DNA from: Catajapyx aquilonaris | Taxonomy: Eukaryota | Assembly: GCA_000934665.2 (NCBI GenBank) | Contig: JYFJ02003660.1 | Location: forward strand, 1 to 39,090 | Direction: 5' to 3' | DNA length: 39,090 bases | Part shown: positions 20,365-32,800 of the stretch, one piece after another | Layout: each line of letters starts with the position of its first letter | Numbering within the stretch: position 1 is the first letter of the stretch | The notes under the pieces: generated by a model | What the model was told of the DNA's origin: nothing | The model's database searches: none | Seen by the model: only the letters and a program-made list of their open reading frames with translations | Translations under genes and position numbers: made by a program

Positions 20365-23336
20365 GTAGGATGAAAATTAATTAATCCTTACTTCTCACTA
20401 TCTTTTTGCATCCATTGCTTTACCTAAAATATAGGAATGAAAATTTGTGGACTTAGGTGCATGATGTTATACTCATAGAGCTGTCAGTGGATGGGGACTT
20501 ACGCATGTACTTGCATGACGGGCTTGCAGGAGAAAACTGATGTTGTCTGTGGTGTGTTGCATTAGGGAGTAACTGTCAACCTGACCATTGAACTCTCCAT
20601 TGGAGAGTGGCAATTAGGTTACACCAGTTCCATCTGTTTTGAGTCATTGCAGCAAAACTATGAGTTATAAGGGTTTGTTAAAGATGGTCATATCTTGAAT
20701 ATTGTTGCAATGTAAAAACATGAGTAAAGAAATAATTAACATTATTGTTTAGGCTTTCAACATTGGTCGTTGATTTTTGTGCACTTTGGCTGTGGAGGGA
20801 TACATAGAATATAGAGGAATCTGACTCATTGCCTAACATATGCATGAAAACATTTCAAGGTATATTACCACATTTCGAAATTATATCCATTGGCCATAAA
20901 AGGCCAGAGAATTTCCCCCCAAAACAATACAGACACCTGATGGAACAGTTGACAAGCTACTTCTTGACTCAGACATAATTTAATTTGATTGAAGCATTTA
21001 AAAAATCGCAGTAGCAGAAATTGTGAGTATGGCTAGTACCGTCACAGCCAATCCTATTATATTTTCTCTTGGTCACCTCCTCGGCTCTCTCCTGCAAAGA
21101 ATTTTTTTGAGTGGTGAAACAGGGTTAGCCACTCATAAGTCGGTGCAAGGCCTGGATTCTTGTGAAGATGATCAAAACATTGCACTTGCATTGTTCGAGA
21201 AAGAAGCACAACAATGCGTAATTGTACACATGCAGTCCATGCAGGGGCATTGCAGCATTAAGAACAGTTCAAGAGAAACATGTTTGAACACTCAGACCAC
21301 GGTCTAATACTCAGGTCGCGCATCTCCTTCCTCCCATGTGTGAGCTTAGATGCGCCCTGGTGAATGTTCAATTTGGCGCTGCAGTCCCTCCACGGAGCAT
21401 TACTTCTGGCCATGTTTGGGTGGCTGTCTCTGCGAATGCATTGGAAAGGACAGTTTGAGTTGGTTTCAGAAGGCGTCCGCCTGAACGTGACCCTAGCCGT
21501 AGTGCTCCATGAATCGCCACCAGCACCAGATCATTAGCCTGTGGGGGGGAGCGTAACTAAGCTCACGGCTCTCTACATTTGGCTACATTAGGAAGTTGCA
21601 GACCTGGTACTAACAATAAGTGACCTTCACTTGTTTTGCCACCATCCAGAATTGTATGGCAGGAAAGAGCCTATGGCATTTTTCAAGTGATGAATCAATA
21701 GGCTTGATGGTGAGAGTTCTCAACATTGTATCACAAATGTCATGCAACAAAGCAAAAATTGCCTCAGTCTAGTCAGTCATAATGGTGTTCACATCAAGAA
21801 GTAGGTAAAGGTCTGTGCCTCATGTGGCTCTGTTATTTTTCAGATAAGATTTCTTAATATTATTTTTAAATGACCAAGAAGTATTTACTTTTGGTGTGTG
21901 GTCATATCAAAGATTTTCATTATTTCAAATAAGTCTAGTAATAATGCCTTTATTGCATGAGATGCCACTGTTGGTCATATTATGCTCATCATTCAAGGTT
22001 TAGTATACACTGAAGTTGTAATAATATTTTTTAACTAGGATAGTGAGTCAGTATATGAAAGTGAACTTTGGTGAAGATGTTTTGAAGACTCCTGAGCTAT
22101 GTGTTGCTGCCATTGTTGTGGCATTTTGACCCTTGCATGCAGAGTCAAACAAATCACTGCATGCGCCATGTCCTGGTTGTTGTGAATGGTGCTACAAAAT
22201 TATGCAGATTTTGGCCAGGTGGTTGAACCATGATCTTTTTCAAAGTGCTGGCGCAATTTCTAAGGTTTCTATAATGCAATGCATGTAGTTTGCTTGTCAT
22301 GGTTATACTGAATTTATGGAGGTGGACAAATTGACAATGGGAGATATTTAGTTAAATTATAGTCAAGGTCAACCTCGTACCTTTTTGAAATCATGTGGAT
22401 AATTTTTTATATAATAGTGACACAAAGACTAAGGAATTGTAGATGCTAGCAGCCAAACTCTGTAATGCCATTGAGTTAATGAGTCTTTTGTCATGTCACA
22501 CACTGTAGGGTTACCTCTCTTAACGTACATAGTAGGATAAAAAAGTTCCTAAAATGTACCTATTTCTCGATTACCTTGAGAAGTAGACGGACGTGCTTCT
22601 AGGTGTAACTGAACACAATTCTAATGAGCCAGTTTGCCAAGTCGTGTTGTCAGGCATACATGTGAACATGCGTCACATGCGCTTTTGTGAACATGCGGTA
22701 CGTCTTCTCGGTGATCCTGTGATGATGGCAAAACGAGCACTGTGTGTGGATTACAGGTGACGAAAGTAGGCTTTTCCACTGTGAAGATTGCTCTGACAAC
22801 TTTCGTCACCTTTTATGAAAGAGGAAAGATGTATTTACCAGTGATATTCTTTGAGGGGGCGAGGGAGTGGGGGCTATAAACTTGCTATGCAGCTTGGCTG
22901 AAATTCATGTAACAATTCATGACTGGCCTCATTATATTATTAAAGAAGCTGTGAGAGTGTTTAATGAAGAGACAAAGAGTAACTTTGCCACCTCTATGAA
23001 TTCAGGAGAATTTATTGACTGCCTACTCGATGCATATTTCCAACTCCAAGAGGGCAGATATTAATGCCAGATCAATTGGACATTTTGGGGAAGTAATTGA
23101 ATTCCTCCTGATTGCAGAAATATGGCACAGTATGCAAACATGTATCACTCAGCAATAGTGTTACACCTGGAGCTGGAAGAATGCATTAGACCATTAAATG
23201 ACATTAAAGATCATGTTACACAGTGTTAGAGTACAATGAAACTTTCTTTTGAATGTTGCTGTGGTGTAGGTCAGTGATTGTAAACTGCAGGATAATTATT
23301 GAAAATTACTGTGTTTATTGATCTGTGTTGCAGGTT

Positions 23337-23669
23337 AGGGGTTGTGCAAATACCATGTGACCAATTTTAGGCCACTTTTTGACACCTCCCCCCCCCCTCT
23401 CCCTTTTTCACGTGTTGTTTTTTTAAATGTCAATGTTATCAGAAAAAACGCAATCGAAAATGATAACTCCTCAACCAACCGTTTAAGCACGTAAAAACGT
23501 CTCCCCATGTTTTCTTGGTCGCTGATTTCGAATTTTAGGTTATTTTGAACCTATGTGCATCTGTAAAAGCTCCCATATGTGCCCATTCACCGTGTTGAGA
23601 GATACCACATGAACTGTCGCCAACACTCCCCCCCTCCAAAACTGTCACGTGGTATTTGCATGACCTACT
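23337..23669. mobile_element. MITE (PIF/Harbinger-like termini; superfamily tentative)
   Basis: AGGGGTTGTGCAAATACCATGTGAC ... GTCACGTGGTATTTGCATGACCTACT, imperfect TIRs. Confidence 0.65.
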
Positions 23670-24912
23670 ATCAAAATGTATGCATCATTTTGCATATTTA
23701 GCTGTTCTCTAGCCCAGTAAATTCTCAAGTTTGTTGCAATTGTTGCCATTTGACAGAGTATATCAAGTTTCTTTCATTGGATTAGTTGAAGTATAGTATA
23801 AAAGTGCATAAAAATTAATACATGAAATTTTCTGATATCTAGCGTGGGAATGCTCATAGTGGCACATTTCTTCATCCGTGATTTGTATGAAAAAGTACAC
23901 AGAAAATTCCACATTCTTATAAGAACAGTTCTGGCTGCAATGCTGCCAAATGACTGACAAAACAGTGGTATTTTCGATGTTGTATGCCACCTAAATGCAA
24001 GAAATGAGGGGTTTTGAGAGGCCATCCATAGAAAGGTGCCTTTGTGATGCCTTTAAGGAATTCACTGAAATTCACTGGAGCAGCCAAACCCCTTTTCATA
24101 CTAGATTTAATTTCATCAGAAAGACAAGGAGCATATCAGCATGCATGCAGCCTGCAAATGGGCTACACACTGCACTTTGAGAAACTGCAGGCTAAAATTT
24201 TCAAAGCTGATAACAGTGATAAGCAAACAGAATTGTGAATTTGCCCAATGCTTCATTTATAAAGGTGACCCAAATGTCTGGACACACAGGTAATTTATTG
24301 TATTATTCGTTGACAACTGGCAACCTGGCATCCAACGATACAATACAATTACCATACAGGCCTACTTTTTACATGAATTTGATTTCATTATTGTATTACT
24401 ATCACACCTCAGAGACATTGTCTTACTGGGACAAGATCGACTGCAAATCAGCCTCACTCTTCAATCCATCTTAATGCTTTTGTGAAGATACTTTTTCAGT
24501 TGACATATGACTTACCAAACTCTCAAGAACACAATTCTGATTTATGAAATCAGCTGGTCCTCATGTCCAGGGTGGTTATTATTTAAGACACTCTGTCTCA
24601 GAAATGGGCAAAGTATGATAATAATAATCAAGGGATAAACTCTTGCAGGAGTGCCGTGTTTTCCCTGCAGATGAGAAGATACCTTATTATCAGTTGATGC
24701 AATTAGAATGACATGTGATAAGTATCTGTAACACTAGGAACTGCGTACATCTTACATCTAGTTTTGCAGGTGACATGTTATGTGGAGTGTTAAGGAATTT
24801 CTGACTGCCTGAGTTAAGATGTTTAGTATGCTGTCTAAGACTGGCCTTTTTAGTTGTCTGGAGGAGTCAGGTTGAAAACACATCTTTTCTCTCTTCTTTT
24901 TTCCCTTTGCAG

Positions 24913-25373
24913 TAGACCAGCGGAAATTACATTCCCTGGATCCCCGGCCCTGCCCCATCTGCAATCGCATGTACAGTAACCTCTCGAATTTGCGGCAGCA
25001 CTTCCGCCTCATCCACACCCCCCAGAGCGTGGTGTGCCCCATGTGCGGGAAACCCTTTAAGACTGAACTCTACCTGAAAAGGCACCTGGCCAGTTTCCAT
25101 GAAATGGGTGTCAAGACAAACTCAGCTTTAGCTCCACCACCTCCTCCCTCTTCCTCCACCTCTTCCTCCACTCCCATCAGGCCCTATGGATTCTCTCCAC
25201 CAAACAACACTACTAATAATAGTGTTCCTTCTCTGGTGGGACCTCCTCCACCTGTTCCAATCACACCTCCACAGCCATTGATGGCCTCAAATGACGACAG
25301 GTTTTTAATGAACCTAGTGGGGGATGGTCAGATGCATGGTGTGCCAGATCCTAGGGGAAACATATTTGTATAA
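24913..25373 (+). CDS. Alternative terminal exon A: two C2H2 fingers (CPICNRMYSNLSNLRQHFRLIH; CPMCGKPFKTELYLKRHLASFH) plus Pro/Ser-rich tail
   Basis: Long polypyrimidine tract with gcAG at 24911-24912, phase 1 in frame with exon 4, two C-x2-C-x12-H-x4-H fingers, stop TAA ending at 25373, AATAAA near 25533. Confidence 0.93.
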
Positions 25374-28300
25374 CAGATGACTGCTGAACCTCTCATGACT
25401 GTTGAAGGGTTGGCAAATATCCACTAGACATCCCAAAACTTCAACACATACAATTATTTGTTATTTGAGTTATTACAAAGTAAATTCAGTGGCACTTGTA
25501 ATAAGACAAATTGGCCCTGTCTTTGGTTAGTTAATAAAAGGAGGCATAGAGAACACTGGTTCATTGCCTGTGCTCTTATGCACAAGTTTTGCTCAGTGAT
25601 GTTGTTCATTAAGGCCACTGCACACACTCTAATACAAATGTGTCTTTGTGAAGGATAATTATTTATGGTGTCCTATATGCAAGTAAAAAGTTCAGAAAGT
25701 TGTGTGCAGTAGCAATGTGTATGTGCCTGAGCTGGTGGAGTTTCTTCAGGCAAGAAGTGGGTGGGATAAGGGAATGACAACTGCTAACACGAGAATTTTT
25801 ATTGGCCCAGCACTTGCATTGCAGAGTTCGTTCTGCCTTTAGAGTTGTATTTATGTTGATTAACACACAGACATGGTGTACTGTTTGTGACTGGTGTAGG
25901 CTACATTTCGCATTCATTTTACATGTGAGATAAATTAATGTTATATATATTGTCAGTTTTGAACTAATAATTATCACTGAATGAAAACTGGTATTCCCAT
26001 GGCATATTTTCATCAGTATTTCTAGTGGTTATCCCTAAAAGCCACACTCTGTTTTTTCACTTAATTACCCAGTTTGTTCTTAAGCATTGTGCCCTGTACT
26101 TTACTGTTTATTTGTATTATGTTTGAGGGATTGCAAAAGGGCTATCCAAAGCTTATTAAAATAATTTTTAGTGTAAGTGTATGCTTTTAGAGCTCTCTAA
26201 AATATTGTTGTGTAAGTTTATTACTGAAAACAGCTTTTTTTAAAATGCTGTAATGCTGCACAGTTTCAGGCTGTATGAGGTAGAAATAGCCTTAAAGTTT
26301 TTTACATAGTGGATTTTGCCAACCCATTATTTCTACAGTGTAAAACCTAATGAATAGTATTAGTGGTGAAGAGTTCCTATATGGGCTTTTTCATGGTGTG
26401 GGTAGTTGTACTCTCAGCTAAAACTACACACAATGTCATGGTCAGAACTATTTAATCATTTATTACATACCAGTATTCCAATGGACATGCATTTTTTGAA
26501 ATGTCAGAACTGACCATTGCCAAAAGTTACATATTAGATGTTGTAAAGATTTTTCTGTGAACAGTGTATTGTACTAGATTGGAAATTTTTATAAAATGAA
26601 CACTGTGTCCTACATGTACAGTTGCAGCTCTGGAGGGTTTTTGCACTCTTGAGGACATAGGCACTTGCATGGTGTGCAGATCCATGAGGGGAGTCGGCAA
26701 GATTTGTTAATTTCATGTAACATCATTACGAAATAATTTTTGTTGAATGATAAGTGTACAAAGGATGCCATGACACAATATCAGTTGATGTTCCTGATCA
26801 AGTTACTAACATTTATGAATTGTTTGCTCATTAGACTAATCTGTGGAACAAGTTATGTGACTGTAGCCAGAAGGACATAGTTTTCTCAGTGTGTCAAGTC
26901 TTCAATGTTTTCAAAATAACTAAATTGTGTCCGACTGCATATACATGGCATTGAATTCTTATGATTAGATAGGGGATTTCTGAGCCAATTACTAGAAGTT
27001 CTGGTATTTTCCAATTCCTGGACTTTTATGCATAGGCCTGTAAATTCAGATTTGTAAACATCAGAATTTAGTGCCATGTGAATATAATCAATTTGAAACT
27101 TGGGATGTGCATATGCAAAGAACATCCAGTGTTGTATTATGATTATTGTTGTTGTTGCATTGAATCAAAACTGGTGTAAAATATTTGCTTTGAAATAAAT
27201 TGCCAATAGACAGTTGACATAACATGTCATGTAACCTGTAACAGAAGAGTGTTGGAATGGGTGGGATTAAGCCAAGATGACTGACGTGATGTACTAATAT
27301 TGGGAAATGCATGTCTTTATTTCTTTGCTTCTGAATGAATAACTTTGACTTCTGTCTTTTCCTCCTCCTGTGTAGTTTGGCTGTGTAGATGCCAAGAAGG
27401 GTTGCTGGATGATCATTAACAGTTGGAATGAGGGTGTATATTACTTGACAAAACAATGGTAAGTTTCTATAATGATAAGGCTGTGCATAGGAGACATTTT
27501 CAGGCCACTCATTTGCACTGGAATGGTGTTGCTAGTTTGGCACTGGAGGGGAGAGGGTGGGCAAGGAACATGGCCATTTGGCATGGCACTGGTAGCGAGC
27601 ACAGTGCATGATATAATGTAGGGTAGTTTGTAGTTAAGCAATTTTTTTGTTAGTTGCTTTGAGACTTGCAAGAAGATTTTTTGAAGATTTAGCAGGTTTT
27701 ATTACACATTCTGAGAGAGTTGCTGGAAATATAGGACCAGAGACAGGAAAAAAGGTTCTCCTTTTAGTTATACATAGGTTGGAAAAGGTATATAATAGAT
27801 CATTTCTTAATTATAGACTGACAACACAATTGATTATCTGACTTGTTATGGCTGTGTTACTATTGGATTAAAATTTTCCACAGTCAGTACAGTACATTGG
27901 GTTGTATGTGAGTAAGTTATTCATGAAATGAAAGCCTTATCTGGACTGGATCTGGAACTTCCCTCAGGGAGCACATGGGGGAATATGCCCAAGGGAGTGT
28001 TGGAATCTGTGTTCCCATACACCAATACGCATAAAACATAATCTCTTCAATGAATTATTGTAGGTAAAGGATTTTTGTTGTTAGATATTGTTACTGCCCA
28101 TGAGGGCATATGCAATTTTGTCATTGAGTTTCCATATTGAGTCCATATGGGAGATAATTATGTTCTCAATCAGTTTTGTTTTATCAGATGAAATGTTTGA
28201 GGTGTCCAGCATTAGCAAAGTTTAAAATTCATAAAGTCCTGCATAAATTCATGTTGAAGGTGAGGGACGAAATAATTGCAAAAGCCATAACTTGTTAATT

Positions 28301-28835
28301 AGTCCTAGTGTCATTCTCATGCTGCCATTCAATGTAGCTATTTGTCTGTGTACCTAAAGATTGCAAGCATAACTGGCTGGAAATCTCATTGCGATCCTTG
28401 AAACAAATGGAGCGTTGTCATGCCATGTGTATTATAATTTATGCAGTTACTTGTGTTAAATGTGGTCAGATTCATGATGTGACGTCTCCCCAGCTTTGTG
28501 AGCTTCTGCTCACCTGAAGTTAAGCAGTTGGCAAAGGCATTCAGATAAGGTGGTGGGTAGGATATGCCTTTTCAAGCAAGATCTAGAATGTGTGAAATTG
28601 CTCAATAGTAATGTAAATATCATTTTGGCAATTTTAAGGTGGTGTGGTCTCAACATTGCAGTGAGAAAAAGTAGTTAAGTGTAATGGAGGTCACCCTTTG
28701 TCAGCATTTCATTCTTTTCCTAGAGATACCTCCCATTAGAAAGTATATTGCTACCTTACTCATTATTTTATGACTGGGTCTCAATTTTATTATTGGCTCT
28801 CCATTTTAATGACCAAAATCTACTAGTTCTGCTTA

Positions 28836-28836
28836 C

Positions 28837-28890
<54 letters not shown>

Positions 28891-29235
28891 GATAATAATA
28901 ATTCGGTAGGCTTTTACCCCTCTTGGGGTCTATCGCATGGACCTTTATTAACCTTGGTACAATCAGTACAGTACATGTAGAAACCTTTATGCGAAATGCC
29001 TGGGTCCACGAGCAGGGCAAGAGGGAGGGGATGTGCAATGTGCAGTGCAGTGTTGGTACCTGGTCATTTTGTGAACTCCCTCGAGTGGTTCGTTTCAAGG
29101 AATCCCACCCTAGATGAAGCCAGAGACGACCCAACTCTGCACAAGATGAAGGGGGGGAATGCCCGAGCTTGGAATCGAACCTGAGACCCTTACATCCGTG
29201 GGTGTGTACGTTACCGCAGAGCCACTCCGCCTCCC
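28836..29235 (-). mobile_element. tRNA-derived SINE, family 'C', full length with (TTA)n tail
   Basis: Head GGGAGGCGGAGTGGCTCTGCGGTAA...GGTTCGATTCC. Perfect 13-bp TSD CTAGTTCTGCTTA at 28823-28835 and 29236-29248. Confidence 0.9.
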
Positions 29236-29546
29236 CTAGTTCTGCTTAAATAAAAATGAGTTCCACCTCTGATTGCATGAGTGTTATACCTGATGTCCTG
29301 CAAGCAGACGGCTTCTTGCCATGGCAAAGTGAATGTGGAGGTTTTGCAAGAATGGCTCATGCTCAGGCTAACTTTGAGGCATAAAAGGATGTGAAGTTAA
29401 TCCCCCATCTCCCCATCTACCATTCCAAAAACCATTATGAAATGAAAACCCTGTAGTGTAGATCCTTAATTAGAGAGAAACTCGGCACCCATTATTGAAT
29501 CTATCAGAGAAAATATTCTTCTTGATTTTGTCAATTTTCCTTCCAG

Positions 29547-29833
29547 GCATGGGCCATGGTGGCAGGAATCGGTCTGCAGGCATCAGTTCAGCAACAATAC
29601 CTTGGGACATGCGGCCTTACAACCAACCACGCCCATGTCCCTACTGCCCTCGTGTTTTGAGCCACCTGGGCAACTGGAAGAAGCATGTGATCACAATGCA
29701 CTTCAGTAGAGAGAAGACTCAGAAGTGTCGACACTGCCAGTCCTCTTTCCGAACCCCCGAGTATCTCCAAAAGCACCTTGTCAGGGTCCACAAGTATCCA
29801 CAAAAGGTGAAGAAAATCCTTCAACCCAATTGA
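29547..29833 (+). CDS. Alternative terminal exon B: two C2H2 fingers (CPYCPRVLSHLGNWKKHVITMH; CRHCQSSFRTPEYLQKHLVRVH)
   Basis: Acceptor ttttccttccAG at 29545-29546, phase 1 in frame with exon 4, two C-x2-C-x12-H-x4-H fingers, stop TGA ending at 29833. Confidence 0.9.
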
Positions 29834-32800
29834 TGTACGTTTATGACTTTTTTTCCCAAAAATTAGTTCACAGTGCATGATAATTTGGGCATGTGCATGC
29901 AAGCGTAATTTTATGATCTGATGCCTGGGAACTGACCTGTCCTTTTGCTTTCAGTGGCGTGTAAAAGGACACCTGTGACAAAACTCCATGTAGAGTAATT
30001 TAAGCATGAAATCTTAAAAGGAAATTACCACACAAGCAATTCAGGGATAGAAACAAGTGGCATTTATTCCAGGTACAAGTATTATGCTGTCGCTAGAGAT
30101 TTTTTATGCCACCCTCCTGCGACGAGACAGTACAAAAGTTTTGACTTTCTTTTTCACCTCACTCACTGAGTCTCAGCACACCTGTTATTTTTAAAAGGTT
30201 GCCAAAAAGTTTGGTCGGAAAGGAATTTACAAATTCATGTTTTGGTAATACAACAAAGGCTATATTTTTTTGTAACGATGGAACAGGTAGTACATGATTC
30301 AATGCATTTTAAAATAGTTTAATAATGAAGTGCTGCCTATATACACAGCAAAAACGCTGGTTGTCATGAGACATTATAGATGTATGCAGTGCACTAAGGT
30401 ATCACAGAGCACAACACACGGCAAGTAAGAAACTCAAAGTAAGGGAAGTCTGTTCAGTGGTGAGGTAGCTCTCACTGTCATGATTGTGACATGGCATGAA
30501 GTGTTGCATTTTCACCTTCCCATGACATCTTGAAAAGTGCCTGATCAAACATATCACACTAAGAAATAGAGCTTTACTTAAGTAACAAACATGTCCATCT
30601 AATACACTGATCAACAAAGTTAGAGAATATTTTATAAATTACCCCTAGTTTTGTTGGGCAGTGTATATACAGGGAAAATCTGTTCTTATTAAGCCCAAGT
30701 GGCAAGCCAAAATATATGGAACAAAACAACATACAATAATAGAATAAGATCATACAGTGGCCTCTTTTTATTTTGGAGGACTTTTCTGCCAAACCAATAT
30801 CATTACATCATGCCAGAGGGGTTATACCAGGCCATCTTGCAGAAGTGGTCACACAGAGTGGTATTACATAGCTTCTTTAAACACCAATTACCTTGACCAT
30901 ATAGATTTATGTATGTTGTGTTTCTTGGGATAATGGACTAGGGTTGCTTTATAGTGTTTTGATTGTTGCCACTTTAGGATGAATTTCGCAACCTGTGAGT
31001 AAATATTGGAAAATAATGTACTGCAGTTAACATTGTTGAGAACAGGATGTGCAGGGTAGGACTCTCAATAAGGAATCCAAAGAATTTTTGATGGGTGGTG
31101 TGCCAAAAGAGACAAGTGCTATTTTGATCAAACTATATGTTCCTGTATTTCCAAGTGGTGGAAATCAGGGACTTGGCTGGGCGATGCCACTGAAGTTATG
31201 TTCTCGTGAATGTTGATGAAATAATGCTAATTCAGGTTCCTGTTGACCATTGGCCAAAGTACATATTAAGATGTACTTTTAAAGGTTTTCATAAACACAA
31301 AAGATCTATTTTTGAATGAGAATAGGATTCAGATGCTACATCGGCTGGACAAGGACAGAATGGCCAACAAAGAATTAACATCTGCAGGGGAATTAAGCAT
31401 TATGAAAATGGCCAGTTATGGCCTAGGATTCTCTTTTCAGAAGTCTAATTTTGCCTAGAAGTGATTTTCTAAAATGATTTGGATTTACCAACAAACTCTT
31501 AATCCATTTTAGTGTGCCTTGTCTGATTTAGTATGTAATATGAAAGTTTGAAAAAGACAAACATCCAGTGGCACTTTCACATTGAGTGGAATATGTTCAC
31601 CCTCTGACAAAACTGGTCGAGCCTATGCCAATGTGTGGTTTATGAAAAATAATTTTGTTAACGGAATCTGAATGGCTCTTTCTGCACTCACAATCTGGCT
31701 GTATTTATGCAAGTTGCAATGTAACTGAAATGGCACTTTTTTCTTTGGCGGCATCCAATATGAACTCAAATAAGGACATGTGACTTCCTTGCATAGCCTT
31801 CTTCATAGTGACTTGAACTTGCCAGGGTAAACATTGTGGCATTATTATTGCACTCAGGAATTTTGCACACCACAATTACCTCACCATTTCTTCTAGTTCA
31901 CATAATGCACAGAAAGTAATTACAAGTTTTTAATTATTATTTACATAGTGCTTCTAATGCAAATCTGAGGTAAACTGATCTCTCGTTTCCCATAGGTCAC
32001 AATAAATTGTTACTTATAATATGTACAACTCATATCACGTTGCTCTCTACAAGGCACTTGTGAAATGGCAGCAAACAGAGAGAACAAACTTGTTATTTTG
32101 CAGTGGCAAATGATGTGCAAATATTGTGTTCAATTCTCACAATTTATTTTATGCCAATGCAAAGCCAAGAAGAAGGGAAACTGCACATGACACCAACAAT
32201 TCAACGTAAATTTGACTAATTATGGCACGGTGTATGTGCAACTGGCCTCAGATATCCGCAGTAGGACATTTTATTCCCAGGGAGTCATGATTGCGTAACA
32301 TGACATGAATAATAGTGTCTCAGAGATAACCTTAGTACTGTAGTGAGACTGGATATGGTTTTTTATTTAGTTATAGACCTTCATGTTATTTATTGAATTT
32401 TTGTGTTTTTTTTTATTTTTACTAGATCAAACATTTGCTTACCTAGACCCGAGAGCTACCACGTGGAATTTTTAAAACACAATTTTTGGTCCCTCGACAG
32501 TACACGTGCTGCGAGAACAGTTTATGATAGTTATTCATCACAGAGTTTTATACAACTGTCTTCCTGCCACTCACACAAGAATTTTTTATATTTTCACCCA
32601 TAGCTTCCTATAACAATAGACTGGTTTAATAGATGCAATAGCAATATGATGCAATAGATACAGGTTTCTTCCACCTGGCTTAATGCCAGACACATTCATC
32701 TACCTCTCATTACTTGCAATATCACCAATGATTCTTTCTCCGTAACTTGCTATAATAACTCAGTCCTCCAGTTTCAGCTGTGATAATGTTCAAAGAGGGT

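Noticed and set aside
21023..21560. 94-aa ORF and adjacent GC-richer block as another alternative exon
   Set aside because: Phase-1 reading from the nearby acceptors stops quickly, and there is no finger motif.
22650..22745. Antisense CSFC...HVTHVH peptide as a mod(mdg4)-style trans-spliced finger exon
   Set aside because: C-to-H spacing is 16 rather than 12, core hydrophobic residues are missing, and there is no supporting acceptor or promoter.
32054..32190. Phase-1 frame containing CKYC after a weak acceptor
   Set aside because: No histidine ligands; Cys is over-represented in TG-rich, CpG-depleted DNA.
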